Part shown: positions 1 through 10,540 of the stretch, piece after piece
How the letters are laid out: each line of letters starts with the position of its first letter
Numbering within the stretch: the first letter of the stretch is position 1
Assembly (NCBI GenBank): GCA_009693575.1
Contig: SHWZ01000006.1
Span: 6,523-70,522 of the forward strand
DNA length: 64,000 nucleotides
Source: Flavobacteriaceae bacterium
GTDB taxonomy: Bacteria > Bacteroidota > Bacteroidia > UKL13-3
Direction of reading: 5' to 3'
Translations under genes and position numbers: made by a program
Notes under the pieces: model-generated
What the model saw: only the letters and a program-made list of their open reading frames with translations
Told to the model about the DNA's origin: nothing
Database searches by the model: none

Positions 1-9
1 CCCAGCCGC

Positions 10-1923
10 ATGGCATCCAACTTTGCAGGGGTAAATGGTGTAGGCGGTCAACGAAATGATATAGTGATTCGCGGCAATAGTCCGATGGGCTTGCTATGGA
101 GGCTGGAAGGTGTGGACATTCCCAACCCAAACCACTTCAGTAGTCAAGGCACGACGGGTGGGCCAATAGCTATACTGAACAACAACAACCTTGCAAGCAG
201 TGATTTTATGACCGGGGCTTTCCCGGCTGAATATGGCAACTGCCTTAGCGGTGTGTTCGACCTAAAAATGCGGAACGGTAACAATGAAAAAAGGGAATAT
301 ACAGGGCAGGTTGGTTTCAATGGATTTGAGTTTGGTGCGGAAGGCCCCATCAACAAAAAGAAAGGCAGCAGCTATCTGGCCAACTACCGTTATTCTACTT
401 TGGGTGTGTTTGATGCACTGGGTGTTAACTTGACTTTTGGCGGTATCCCAAAGTATCAGGATATAAATTTCAAAATGCATTTTCCGAATACAAAAACGGG
501 CACCTGGCAATTGACTGGTATAGGCGGCATGAGCAACATTGCCTTGCTCGACAGTAAGAAAGACAGTGCTGACCTGAGTTTTAACCAAAGCTTTAAAAAT
601 GATATCTATACCGGTAATAATATGGCCGCAGTGGTGTTGAGCAATTTGTATAAGATAAAGAAATCGGGGTACGTGAAGACCATGCTCAGTTATAGTTACC
701 TAAGACGCTATATCCATCAAGATTCCCTTGGGCCCAAGAATGAGAAAAACATGACCTATGCAGAAAAATCAATATACACCCGACTCGTGCTGCATAGTTT
801 TTACCATCATAAATTAAATGCCATGAACAGCATCCGTGCTGGGGCTATTCTATCGAATGTAGGAGCAGATATTCAGGATAGCTTTCTGAATAATAACGGT
901 AAGATGCAAACCCTGCGTCAGTTTGATGGCAACAACTTTTTGGGACAGGCTTATGTGGAATGGAAGCATAATTTTACAGCCAACCTGGTAATGAACAATG
1001 GCATATACTATCAGCATTGGAGTTTAAACACCAACAGCAAAAGCATAGAACCACGGGCTGGCCTAAAATATAACCTAAGCAATACCAAAGCACTGAGTTT
1101 TGGCTACGGATTGCATAGCCAATTACAGCCATTAGAGATATACTATAGCCAACGACTCAACGCAAGCGGACAGTATTATCAAAGCAACAAGGGACTTGGG
1201 TTCAGCAAAGCTCACCACTATGTGTTAGGCTACGATTGGTTGATAAACAAAACCATAAGACTGAAAGTGGAAACCTATTACCAAAGTCTATTCGGTATTC
1301 CAATAAGCGAAACGCTGCGAAACCCATACTTTAGCCTTATCAATTTCGGGGCTGACTTTGCCGGACTGCCTAACTTAGATAGCTTGGTGAACAAAGGAAA
1401 AGGAAGAAACTACGGCCTTGAATTCACGCTGGAGAAACTATTCAGCAAAGGATATTACTACTTGCTCACAGCCTCTTTTTTCGAGAGCAAGTTCACTCCA
1501 CAAAATGGAATTGAATATAACACCGCTTTCAATGGAAACTATGTGGTGAATGCACTTGGTGGATACGAGTTGAAATGTGGCCATAAGAAAAACAATGTAT
1601 TCAGCATAAACCTGAAAGGCACCGCTGCCGGGGGCAGACGTTACACCCCCATAGACTTGCCAGCTTCCATACAAGCAGGAGAGGTTCGTTTCAAGATGGA
1701 CAGCCTTTACACTGCTCAGTTCAAACAGTATTTTAGGGCTGATATACGTATCGGTTTCAAACTGAATGGTAAACGGGTTACGCAAGAGTGGGCTATCGAC
1801 ATACAAAATGCATTTAACATAAAGAACCCTTTGCAGCCATCGTTTGACAGCAAAACCGGGAAGATAAAAATAGAGAATCAACAGGGAATATTACCAATAG
1901 CTTTGTATAGGATACAGTTTTGA
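10..1923 (+). CDS. TonB-dependent outer-membrane receptor, 5'-truncated by the window edge
   Basis: Plug motif NDIVIRGNSP...PNPNHF...DFMTGAFPAEYGN..SGVFDL; beta-barrel pattern; C-terminal YRIQF. The frame is open to the window start. Confidence 0.9.
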   Translation: MASNFAGVNGVGGQRNDIVIRGNSPMGLLWRLEGVDIPNPNHFSSQGTTGGPIAILNNNNLASSDFMTGAFPAEYGNCLSGVFDLKMRNGNNEKREYTGQVGFNGFEFGAEGPINKKKGSSYLANYRYSTLGVFDALGVNLTFGGIPKYQDINFKMHFPNTKTGTWQLTGIGGMSNIALLDSKKDSADLSFNQSFKNDIYTGNNMAAVVLSNLYKIKKSGYVKTMLSYSYLRRYIHQDSLGPKNEKNMTYAEKSIYTRLVLHSFYHHKLNAMNSIRAGAILSNVGADIQDSFLNNNGKMQTLRQFDGNNFLGQAYVEWKHNFTANLVMNNGIYYQHWSLNTNSKSIEPRAGLKYNLSNTKALSFGYGLHSQLQPLEIYYSQRLNASGQYYQSNKGLGFSKAHHYVLGYDWLINKTIRLKVETYYQSLFGIPISETLRNPYFSLINFGADFAGLPNLDSLVNKGKGRNYGLEFTLEKLFSKGYYYLLTASFFESKFTPQNGIEYNTAFNGNYVVNALGGYELKCGHKKNNVFSINLKGTAAGGRRYTPIDLPASIQAGEVRFKMDSLYTAQFKQYFRADIRIGFKLNGKRVTQEWAIDIQNAFNIKNPLQPSFDSKTGKIKIENQQGILPIALYRIQF

Positions 1924-1983
1924 AATGACAGCCCATTCTCTATAACAGTCCAACAATTTAATTTCGTTTACATACTCCCGCCT

Positions 1984-1991
1984 TACATTTG
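1984..1991 (+). promoter_or_regulatory. Bacteroidota -7 promoter element TACATTTG
   Basis: Matches the TAnnTTTG consensus about 30 nt upstream of the ATG at 2021. Confidence 0.55.
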
Positions 1992-2020
1992 AACCCTTTA
2001 ATAACCAAAATTCAAAACCA

Positions 2021-5000
2021 ATGAACACGAAAATTACACACACATTTTCGACCATCTTAGCCACCATGGCCCTTATGCTAATACTACTAAGGAACACTCA
2101 AACTAATGCCCAATGTTACACTGGGCCAATCTATTGCATTCCTGTCACATCCAATGTCAATAATTATGGCATTGGCTTACAGAATGTGACCTTTGGCTCC
2201 GCCATCAACAACAGCACGTCCGCAAGTGGTAATGCTCCAAATTATTTTGATTTTACTAATCTGGCAGTGTCAGCTGTAGCCAACACGGTGATTAATTTTT
2301 CTATTAGAAATGGGACAGGCAATTCTACCAAGGCTATCATATATATTGATTGGAACCGAGATGGCGTTTTCGACTCTTCGAACACCGAAATGGTTTGGGC
2401 ATCTGCCACCACTACCGCAAATGCAGTAGTATCTGACTCATTTACCATACCTGCGGCTCAAGCGGCTGGATTGTACAGAATTCGTGTTACTGGAGACTTT
2501 GGAGGAAGCCCTTCGAACAGGCCCTGCCAAAGCAATTATGGAGAACAGGAAGACTATTCGCTAGTGGTGACCGGTTCGGCTAAGGATGGAATTGCCAAAT
2601 CGCATGTTTCTCCCACCAGCTTTTATGTTGGGAATGACACCATCCGTTTTTCGATGGTACAGTTGATGGACACATTTATGACTTCAGTGGACATAGGCTA
2701 TCAGCTAGATAATAATACTGCTGTGACGCAAAGTATTACTGGGCTTTCGGTGCCTGCAGGTTCTATCTATACTGCGACTTTTGATACCTTACTTCCTCTG
2801 GCTGCGGCAGGAACATATACCCTAAAAGTATGGATTAACAACGTGAACGGAGGCGGCACAGTAACAGCAGGAAACGATACCATTTGCCGCACATTTATCT
2901 TGTGCAACTCATCATTGAGCGGCAGCTACACCATTGACCCCAATGGCAGCGGTGGTAGCAACTTTGTGAATTTCAAGGAAGCTACTGCAGCATTGACCAA
3001 CTGCGGAATAAATGGCCCTGTAGTTTTCAATGTTTCGTCTGATTCATTTTATGAACAGGTAACAGTACCTGTAATTTCTGGTTCATCTTTTACAAACACT
3101 GTGAGCTTTGTTGGAGCAGGAATGGACAGTACCATCGTATGTTTTGAAGGTATTACATCAGCCCCACACACCATTAGGCTCGATGGTAGCCAATATGTCA
3201 ATTTTAGCCACATGGCTATCAAGAGTTCGTCGAAAACTACTGGTTGGGCATTGCATTATCTCAATGCCTCCAAATCAACTGTGAATCATTGCCGTATTGA
3301 TTTTACAGATACGAATACACGAAAATCAACTAGTCAGAATTTTGCTGGTATTGTAATCAATGGCAGTGCTACTACTTTGAGTTCGCAATCAAAAACGGGA
3401 ATAGTGGATAGCATAAATGTGGACAGCAGTATAATCAATTCAGGCTACTACAATATCTACATGTACCTTGGCGGTGGTGTTCAAAATGCCCTGATGTATT
3501 TTAGAAATAACAGCTTTACGAATGCCTACTATAGTTCTATCTACATTTGGCTGACTGCCCAGCTTTGCCACAAAATACTTAACAACACTTTCTCGCTCCG
3601 AACTGGAGGAAATAACCAATTTGGCATATGGTCTTTTGCAAGTCCAGCTTCCAGTGCCAGCTTTTTCAGTGAGGTTGGTTACAATCGTTTTACCAATTTG
3701 AATGGCTATGGTATGGCTACTACCTACTCTGGCGGAAATGGTGGTGCAAGAGGATTAGTTTACAATAATTTGTTTGGTGGCAATACCAGAGGTGTGACTA
3801 AATACATGTCGGGTGCAGGTGCGGCTTGCTGTGCTTTCAACGGTTGGAACATTTACAACAACACCTTCTACATGGACTATGGTTCTGGCGTTTCAATGGG
3901 TGTGGATTTGGGAACAAATACAAACGGGAATAACGTATCTATCAAAAACAACATTTTCTATAATGCAAGTAGTACAGCAAATAACTTAGGTATTAATGCT
4001 CCAAATTCAGCCTCAGTAGGTGAAGTTGACTACAATAATTTCTATACGAATTATTCAGGCGGAACACTTGCTCACATTGGAGGCGTTGATTATACTTCTT
4101 CCACCTACCTCGGTGCTTATCCAAATGGATGCGGGCTGAATTCGTCGAACAGGAATGTCGCTTTCACATCATCGACCGATTATCATCATACTACTGGATG
4201 TATGCTTGGCGAAGATGGATTAGGTATAAATGATGATTATGAAGGTGCGAGCAGAACTAGCCCACCTGATATGGGAGCGTATAACGTGTCGGGGGTATCA
4301 GCCAACGATGTAGGCGTTTCGATGATTACTTCGCCATTCTTTCCAGTAAGCATAGGTTCACAGCCTCTTACCGCCTTAGTGAAAAATTATGGCTCTGATA
4401 CGGTTTCAAGTCTCACTGTTTATTATTCAGTGAATGGAAGCACCGACAGTGAAACGTTTACTTTCAGCCCAGCATTATACCAGTGCGATACAATTACATT
4501 GAACTTTACTGACAGTATAACCATTGCCAATGGAACGAATACAATAAAAGTGTACACAGCAAAAAGCGGTGACGCAGTATTAAGCAATGACACTGCCCAG
4601 AATACATATTGCGGTGCCATGGCCGGATTCTATACCATTAACTCCAGTATTGCTCCATCGGCTACGAATTTTGTATCGTTCAAAGCTGCTACCGACCAGT
4701 TAAGTTGTAGTGGGGTAGCAGGCCCAGTAAAATTTAGTGTTTCATCGGATACTTACACCGAACAAGTAACAATAGGAACAGTTAAAGGGGTATCGTCAAC
4801 AAATACTATTTTGTTTATTGGTGCAGGTCTGGATAGTACAAAAATTACTTACTCAGCAAATGCTTCTGCACCACACACCGTTCGATTCAGCAATTGCTAC
4901 TATGTAACCTTCCGAAATATGACCATTGAAGGAACAAACGCCAACTATGCTTGGGTAGTAAACATTCTGAACTCAGACGATATAAAAGTAGCTTCATGCA

Positions 5001-8000
5001 GGGTAGCCTGTGCAGGTGCGGCGGCCAATTCAGCCAGTGGCAATTTGTCTACATTTGTGATAAATAGCAGCCCAACTAACATGTCAGCTGTTGGCTCTAA
5101 CAATAACAATTACATTGACAGCAATATCATTATTGGTGGTTACTACGGGGTGTGTACGTTTCTGAATGTGGCGAAAGATGTAAACTTTATCCGGAACAAT
5201 ACCTTTAGTAATGCATACTATGCAGGTATCTATGCTTACCAAAGTCAAACACTAAAGATTTTGAACAATACCATCGAGAACCGCAGCAGTTATGGAGCCT
5301 CATCTGGCATCTACCTCTATTTTGTTTTCACTTCTTCCAACGCAAACACCTATAACGAGATATCGAATAACTACATAAACAATGTTGGACAATATGGTAT
5401 CAACCTTCAATATGTGCAAGGAGGTTCAGGGAACGGAGGTTCGTATGGCCAAATGTATAACAATATGGTGGGTGGCAATTTCTATGGCACAGGCACCACT
5501 AGGGGTATAGAGATGACTTATGCTCCTTATTGGAGAGTTTTTCATAATTCAGTATCTATCGCTTCGTCCAACGGATCTACCAACAGAGCAATGTTCGTAT
5601 CAAGCTATATGTATAGGACACAAATTAAAAACAATTCCTTAGCGATCAACAATGCTTCGGCTTCGAATGCACTAGACTTAGAAATAACTACTGGCTCTAC
5701 TCCTGACTCTATAAACTACAACAACTATCACAATGCAGCAACTTCAGATATTGTTTTAGTAAACGGAACTACCTACAATACTGGCAACTACAAAGTAGCC
5801 TACCCCAACGGTGGTGGCGACCAATCTATCAATGGTGACCCACTTTATGTTTCGGCCAATGACCTGCATGCAACAAAAACACACTTATTGAATAAAGGAG
5901 ATGATGTTGGGGTTACTAGTGATATTGATGACGATAGCCGCAGCAGCACACCAGATATTGGAGCTGACGAATACGAACTTACTAAGCATGATTTAGCAAT
6001 AAACAAATTGCTGTCGCCATCGTATGCTTTCTGTATGGGTGGTATCAACCAAACCATTTCGATGGCCATAAAGAATATGGGTGTGGATACGATTGACCTC
6101 ACTAACGATACCGCTTGGGCAGCAGTCGAGGTATATGATGCCAACCAAGTAACTACGGTTTATGGTCCTATTGCAATCACAGGCAAGGTGCTTTACCCAA
6201 AAGATGTGGTGAATGTGACTGTTACTACAACCTTTGATATGTCTGACTTTGGCACTTACTACCTTAAGCCATACATTGGCTACAAACTAGACTCAAATGC
6301 GGTGAACGATACCATCTTCAATATCTTCTTTGATGCAACCAACCCGGTGGCAATATTGTCGCCCATCCCTGTTAAAGGCATTTGTGGCGGCGACTCGGTG
6401 AAGATGTCGGTGGCCAATAGCAAGAACTCAACTGAGTACCAATGGTACAGGAATAATGTGGCCATCAACGGAGCTATTGACACTGTGTTTTATGCCACAC
6501 TAAGCGGCACATACTTCTGCGACGTGATGGTATACAACGGCGGTTGCCAAGTGTACACTGATGCAGTTACTATCACTACTGGAACAGCACCTGCTGCTAC
6601 TTTTACTGCGGCCAAAACAGTGTTCTGCGATGGTGACAGTGCCAAGCTTTCCAGCCCAAGCAATGCAGCTAATAGCTATCAATGGCTTCTGAACGGTGTC
6701 GGCATTCAAGGTGCAACTGATTCAGTATTTTATGCCAAAGCAACAGGTAACTACACCGTGCAATTGAGTGAAACTTCTTCTGGCTGTTTCAATATCTCAA
6801 CTGCTACCGGTATCATTGTCAATAGCCTACCTACTGCGGTTATTACTCACCCTGGAAACGGTACTATATGTACAGGCGACAGCTTAAGGCTAAGCTCTAA
6901 CCCAGCTAACGGGTTGGTATACCAATGGTGGATGAATGGAAATAGTATTGGTGGTGCAACAGACTCTATCTATTATGTGTCTGCCACTGGCAGCTACCAA
7001 TTGGAAATAACCAACGCCAATAGCTGCAAAGCCACTGCTTCTGCTTCTGGCATTTATGTGGATAGCTTGCCTACTAACATGGTGAGCATAGTTGGAGACC
7101 CAACGGCTTGCGGAATGGATACGGTTTACTTCACGTGTACGACCAATGCGGCCTTCACGCACCAATGGATGATGAACGGCAACTCTATAGCAAATGCAAC
7201 TACTAATATGCTCAAAGCATACACCAATGGCTCATACACGGTAAAAATTACCAATGCCAATGGATGTAGCAGCACTTCTTCAACTACTGTTATTGCTTAT
7301 CGCAAAGTACCAAGTACTCCATTACTGAATGGTACTGCCATAGTTTCTATTTGTCCAAGCGATAGTATGAGAATAAGTGTTTCACCACAAGATACTGGTG
7401 TGTTTACCTACCAATGGAAGGTGAACGGAACTACTATCAATGGAGAAATTGATTCCTTTGTTTATATCAATAGCAATGGAAACTACAAGGCTGAGATTAC
7501 CAATAACGCTGGTTGTTCTATAACTTCTACTGCCAGCATCATTCTCACCCTCTACCCTACCCCAACAACTACACTTTCCCCAAGTGGAAGTGCAAGTATC
7601 TGTCAGGGTGATTCAGTAAGCCTGTCAGTTTCCAATGCTGCTACAGGTATTGTCTCACTTAGTTGGACTAGGAATGGCAACACCCTTGCTACCATCAGCA
7701 ACCCAATATATCCAGCTAACTCTGGTTTCTACAATGCTCACATCATCGATAACAATGGTTGCAAAAGCTCAGCCGCACAAGTAGCCATCTTTGTAAACCC
7801 AAGTCCAATACCTGTTATTACACCTGATAATAACTTGAGGCAATTGTCAACTACCACTTTTGTTTCTTACCAATGGTACAAAGACAATGTGGCTATTGCA
7901 GGTGCTACTTCACAAATTTACACTACACCAGGAAATGCTGACTACATAGTGGAAGTTACCGATGGTAATGGTTGCAAGGGCAAATCAACAGTGTATGCAG

Positions 8001-8278
8001 TGACTTGGCATATCGGTATCGGCAATGCACAAACCAATGGCTTCGTAAAAGTATATCCAAACCCTTCGTACGATGTGTTCAACATTGAGCTACCAATGGG
8101 TACAGATGTGAAGCAAATTAGCCTGACCGACATAGCTGGAAAGCAGCTAACAGTGAACGCTGCTGTGAACGGCAAGAATATCATATCCCTTGACCTCACC
8201 GACAAAGCAGCCGGGGTGTACATCCTTCAATTGACCAAGGATGGCCATCTATTCCAGACACGGTTGACGAAGTTGTAA
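2021..8278 (+). CDS. Large T9SS type-A cargo protein: GEVED domain, two right-handed beta-helix modules, CARDB-like domains, Ig-like repeats
   Basis: Signal peptide; IDWNRDG.F...YGEQEDY (GEVED); duplicated SG.YTI..F..A...L..G..GPV.F.V....EQVT to PD.GA modules; YQW..NG..I.GAT repeats; C-terminal VYPNPS...G.YIL...RLTKL. Confidence 0.9.
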   Translation: MNTKITHTFSTILATMALMLILLRNTQTNAQCYTGPIYCIPVTSNVNNYGIGLQNVTFGSAINNSTSASGNAPNYFDFTNLAVSAVANTVINFSIRNGTGNSTKAIIYIDWNRDGVFDSSNTEMVWASATTTANAVVSDSFTIPAAQAAGLYRIRVTGDFGGSPSNRPCQSNYGEQEDYSLVVTGSAKDGIAKSHVSPTSFYVGNDTIRFSMVQLMDTFMTSVDIGYQLDNNTAVTQSITGLSVPAGSIYTATFDTLLPLAAAGTYTLKVWINNVNGGGTVTAGNDTICRTFILCNSSLSGSYTIDPNGSGGSNFVNFKEATAALTNCGINGPVVFNVSSDSFYEQVTVPVISGSSFTNTVSFVGAGMDSTIVCFEGITSAPHTIRLDGSQYVNFSHMAIKSSSKTTGWALHYLNASKSTVNHCRIDFTDTNTRKSTSQNFAGIVINGSATTLSSQSKTGIVDSINVDSSIINSGYYNIYMYLGGGVQNALMYFRNNSFTNAYYSSIYIWLTAQLCHKILNNTFSLRTGGNNQFGIWSFASPASSASFFSEVGYNRFTNLNGYGMATTYSGGNGGARGLVYNNLFGGNTRGVTKYMSGAGAACCAFNGWNIYNNTFYMDYGSGVSMGVDLGTNTNGNNVSIKNNIFYNASSTANNLGINAPNSASVGEVDYNNFYTNYSGGTLAHIGGVDYTSSTYLGAYPNGCGLNSSNRNVAFTSSTDYHHTTGCMLGEDGLGINDDYEGASRTSPPDMGAYNVSGVSANDVGVSMITSPFFPVSIGSQPLTALVKNYGSDTVSSLTVYYSVNGSTDSETFTFSPALYQCDTITLNFTDSITIANGTNTIKVYTAKSGDAVLSNDTAQNTYCGAMAGFYTINSSIAPSATNFVSFKAATDQLSCSGVAGPVKFSVSSDTYTEQVTIGTVKGVSSTNTILFIGAGLDSTKITYSANASAPHTVRFSNCYYVTFRNMTIEGTNANYAWVVNILNSDDIKVASCRVACAGAAANSASGNLSTFVINSSPTNMSAVGSNNNNYIDSNIIIGGYYGVCTFLNVAKDVNFIRNNTFSNAYYAGIYAYQSQTLKILNNTIENRSSYGASSGIYLYFVFTSSNANTYNEISNNYINNVGQYGINLQYVQGGSGNGGSYGQMYNNMVGGNFYGTGTTRGIEMTYAPYWRVFHNSVSIASSNGSTNRAMFVSSYMYRTQIKNNSLAINNASASNALDLEITTGSTPDSINYNNYHNAATSDIVLVNGTTYNTGNYKVAYPNGGGDQSINGDPLYVSANDLHATKTHLLNKGDDVGVTSDIDDDSRSSTPDIGADEYELTKHDLAINKLLSPSYAFCMGGINQTISMAIKNMGVDTIDLTNDTAWAAVEVYDANQVTTVYGPIAITGKVLYPKDVVNVTVTTTFDMSDFGTYYLKPYIGYKLDSNAVNDTIFNIFFDATNPVAILSPIPVKGICGGDSVKMSVANSKNSTEYQWYRNNVAINGAIDTVFYATLSGTYFCDVMVYNGGCQVYTDAVTITTGTAPAATFTAAKTVFCDGDSAKLSSPSNAANSYQWLLNGVGIQGATDSVFYAKATGNYTVQLSETSSGCFNISTATGIIVNSLPTAVITHPGNGTICTGDSLRLSSNPANGLVYQWWMNGNSIGGATDSIYYVSATGSYQLEITNANSCKATASASGIYVDSLPTNMVSIVGDPTACGMDTVYFTCTTNAAFTHQWMMNGNSIANATTNMLKAYTNGSYTVKITNANGCSSTSSTTVIAYRKVPSTPLLNGTAIVSICPSDSMRISVSPQDTGVFTYQWKVNGTTINGEIDSFVYINSNGNYKAEITNNAGCSITSTASIILTLYPTPTTTLSPSGSASICQGDSVSLSVSNAATGIVSLSWTRNGNTLATISNPIYPANSGFYNAHIIDNNGCKSSAAQVAIFVNPSPIPVITPDNNLRQLSTTTFVSYQWYKDNVAIAGATSQIYTTPGNADYIVEVTDGNGCKGKSTVYAVTWHIGIGNAQTNGFVKVYPNPSYDVFNIELPMGTDVKQISLTDIAGKQLTVNAAVNGKNIISLDLTDKAAGVYILQLTKDGHLFQTRLTKL

Positions 8279-8301
8279 GAAAACTTTTGAAACTATAAAA
8301 C

Positions 8302-8338
8302 AAGAAAGCCCACGGTTGACTCCGTGGGCTTTACTTTT
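8302..8338 (+). terminator. Intrinsic terminator
   Basis: AAAGCCCACGG-TTGACT-CCGTGGGCTTT followed by a T-rich tail, directly after the stop codon. Confidence 0.85.
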
Positions 8339-8470
8339 GAAAACCAATTTGCTGTCAGGTTTTTTAACCTAACACTTGCAAACCCCAACCCTTTCGCATC
8401 AGTCAATTTTCATCAGTACCGAATTACAAATCGGCTAATTGCAGAATTTGCTTCCACCTATCTTTGTCGC

Positions 8471-8701
8471 ATGAAAAAACTGCTTTCAGTTTGTATGTTT
8501 TTATTGATGGCCAGTGCATCACAAGGGCAGTGCAGTATGTGCAGGGCTAATGCAAAAAGCAGCCTTCAAAATGGCAGTGATGCCGCTCTCGGACTCAACG
8601 CAGGTATTGAATATCTTTTACTTATGCCCTACCTGGCGGCGATAGTTATTGGTATTATTTTTTATATAAACCATCGAAAGAAGAAAGCCAGCAATGCGTG
8701 A
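8471..8701 (+). CDS. Small exported/membrane protein with QCSMC motif (conserved Bacteroidota small-protein type)
   Basis: ATG at 8471 follows TATCTTTG (8459-8466); signal peptide, then QCSMCRA...GLNAGIEYLL.MPY, then a transmembrane helix and basic tail. The track start at 8324 is probably too far upstream. Confidence 0.75.
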   Translation: MKKLLSVCMFLLMASASQGQCSMCRANAKSSLQNGSDAALGLNAGIEYLLLMPYLAAIVIGIIFYINHRKKKASNA

Positions 8702-9077
8702 CAAACCTACAGGAAGCAAGTGGAGGGCAATACTGCAAAATAAATGTCCCCAATGCAGACGTGGCAAGGTTTTACCGATAGCGTTCTCAATCCTTTCCAA
8801 TTCTCAAAGATGCACAAAAACTGCCCCGTATGTAGGTTGCAGTTTGAGCTAGAACCTGGCTATATGTATAGTGCTATGTACCTCAGCTATATGATTACCA
8901 GTTGAGTCTACATTATGCTCAGCTTCGCAGTTCACAAGTTCCTTCACGAACCTGAAGATTGCGTGTATTGGAGCGTCCTGATTATAACCCTGCCCCCTCT
9001 TCTCCCCATTATCTTTGCGTATCTTTCGCATGTTGAACATCCTCCTGACAACCCCAATCAGATTCGATGAAAAATAG
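8694..9077 (+). pseudogene. Disrupted DUF983-family zinc-ribbon membrane protein
   Basis: MRDK...KCPQCRRGKV, then a frameshift at the T4 run 8770-8773, then FTDSVLNPFQFSKMHKNCPVCRLQFELEPGYMYSAMYLSY, an in-frame TGA at 8903-8905, and a probable second frameshift before ...IRFDEK*. Confidence 0.8.
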
Positions 9078-9180
9078 CGATAAAGCTTGACAGTATTGAT
9101 TCCAAGCCCTAAAAATTTTTACATTTTGTCAAAGCCGCTCCAGCCCCGAATTTCGTGCGGCTTTTTACAAAAACAAAACA

Positions 9181-9846
9181 ATGCGTAACTATTGGTGGAA
9201 ACTATTGACTGTAATGCTTTTGCTCTATACCTTGGTTTATGGAATGCTAGTGCCAATACCAGATGTGGCCAAGCAAAGTATGCTCAAAGAGACCATACGC
9301 AATCTGTTTTTCCATGTGCCTATGTGGTTTGCTATGATTTTGTTGCTCACCATATCGGCAGTTTACAGCATCAAATACCTTCGAAACGGCGACGAACTTT
9401 GCGATACAATTGCTGTCGAAGCAATCAATGTGGGGATCGTGTTCGGGTTGATGGGGGCTGCTACTGGAGCTTTGTGGGCCAAGTTCACCTGGGGAAGCTA
9501 CTGGCCCAACGACCCTAAGTTGAATGGTGTTGGCATAGGCTTGTTGATTTATGCAGCATACATTATTCTTCGCAACGGTATAGAAGACCCCCAAAAGAGG
9601 GCAAGGGTTTCAGCGGTATATAACGTATTTGCTTGGCCAATTTTTATGGTATTGATATGGATTCTTCCACGCATCAACGATTCGCTACATCCTGGTAATG
9701 GAGGTAACCCCGGATTCAACCAATATGACCTTGATAGCAACCTACGAATGGTGTTCTACCCTGCCTGCATCGGGTGGATGATGCTAGGTGTGTGGATGCT
9801 TAGCTTGAACTTTAGGATGAAGAAATTAGAAATTAATACTAATTGA
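9181..9846 (+). CDS. ccmC: Heme exporter / cytochrome c biogenesis protein CcmC
   Basis: FFHVP, WWD-type TGALWAKFTWGSYWPNDPKL and SLHP motifs; upstream of ccmE and ccmF. Confidence 0.9.
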   Translation: MRNYWWKLLTVMLLLYTLVYGMLVPIPDVAKQSMLKETIRNLFFHVPMWFAMILLLTISAVYSIKYLRNGDELCDTIAVEAINVGIVFGLMGAATGALWAKFTWGSYWPNDPKLNGVGIGLLIYAAYIILRNGIEDPQKRARVSAVYNVFAWPIFMVLIWILPRINDSLHPGNGGNPGFNQYDLDSNLRMVFYPACIGWMMLGVWMLSLNFRMKKLEINTN

Positions 9847-9902
9847 ACAGTGGCAATTCGACTAAGTTCAGTGTGACAACACTAAATTGAAAATTAAAAT
9901 AC

Positions 9903-10067
9903 ATGAAACTACTATCTGTACTTCTGCAAAGTAACCTATCTGACACCCTCCGCGAAAACGGCAAAATAAACGTGGTGTATGGCGTTATCATTATCATCTT
10001 TGTGGGCTTGCTGGCCTACTTGGTATATACCGATAGACGCATTTCCAAACTTGAAAAGAAAAAATGA
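9903..10067 (+). CDS. ccmD: CcmD-like small membrane protein (54 aa, absent from the ORF track)
   Basis: MKLLSVLLQSNLSDTLRENGKINVVYGVIIIIFVGLLAYLVYTDRRISKLEKKK*; single transmembrane helix plus basic tail, between ccmC and ccmE; its stop overlaps the ccmE start (ATGA). Confidence 0.8.
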   Translation: MKLLSVLLQSNLSDTLRENGKINVVYGVIIIIFVGLLAYLVYTDRRISKLEKKK

Positions 10068-10435
10068 ATACAAAAAGCATTATTATACTGATTGCACTGG
10101 CATTGGGTGTAGCTGTCATCATTATGTCCTACGGCAAAAGCAGCACCTACCGCTGTTTTGGCGAAGCTACTGAAAGCAATGAATATCATATTGTAGGGGT
10201 GTTAGACAAAAACGCAGCACTTAACTACAACCCTGCCAAAAATGCCAATCTTTTTACTTTTAGAATGACCGATAGCTGTGGCAGCACCATGCCAGTAGAA
10301 TACCGACAGCCCAAGCCCCAAGACTTTGAACGCAGCGACAAAATAGTATGTATAGGCATGATGAAAAACGACACCTTCCGGGCCTCACAAATATTATTAA
10401 AATGCCCAAGTAAGTATAATGATGCGAAGTTGTGA
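10064..10435 (+). CDS. ccmE: Heme chaperone CcmE, CxxxY variant
   Basis: N-terminal transmembrane helix, KPQDFERS, C-terminal LLKCPSKY. Confidence 0.9.
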   Translation: MNTKSIIILIALALGVAVIIMSYGKSSTYRCFGEATESNEYHIVGVLDKNAALNYNPAKNANLFTFRMTDSCGSTMPVEYRQPKPQDFERSDKIVCIGMMKNDTFRASQILLKCPSKYNDAKL

Positions 10436-10540
10436 AGACTGATAGATTGAAGTGGAAGTTGTTGACCGTCATTCCCTCTTCCTGATAGCTATCTGGACTA
10501 TTGAGACGGAATCTGCATTTAATAATCTAACTAAAACAAA

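Noticed and set aside
8903..8905. In-frame TGA in DUF983 as selenocysteine or stop-codon reassignment
   Set aside because: The gene also has frameshifts, and TGA ends many intact genes here (ccmC, ccmE, rplU, rpmA, mazG).
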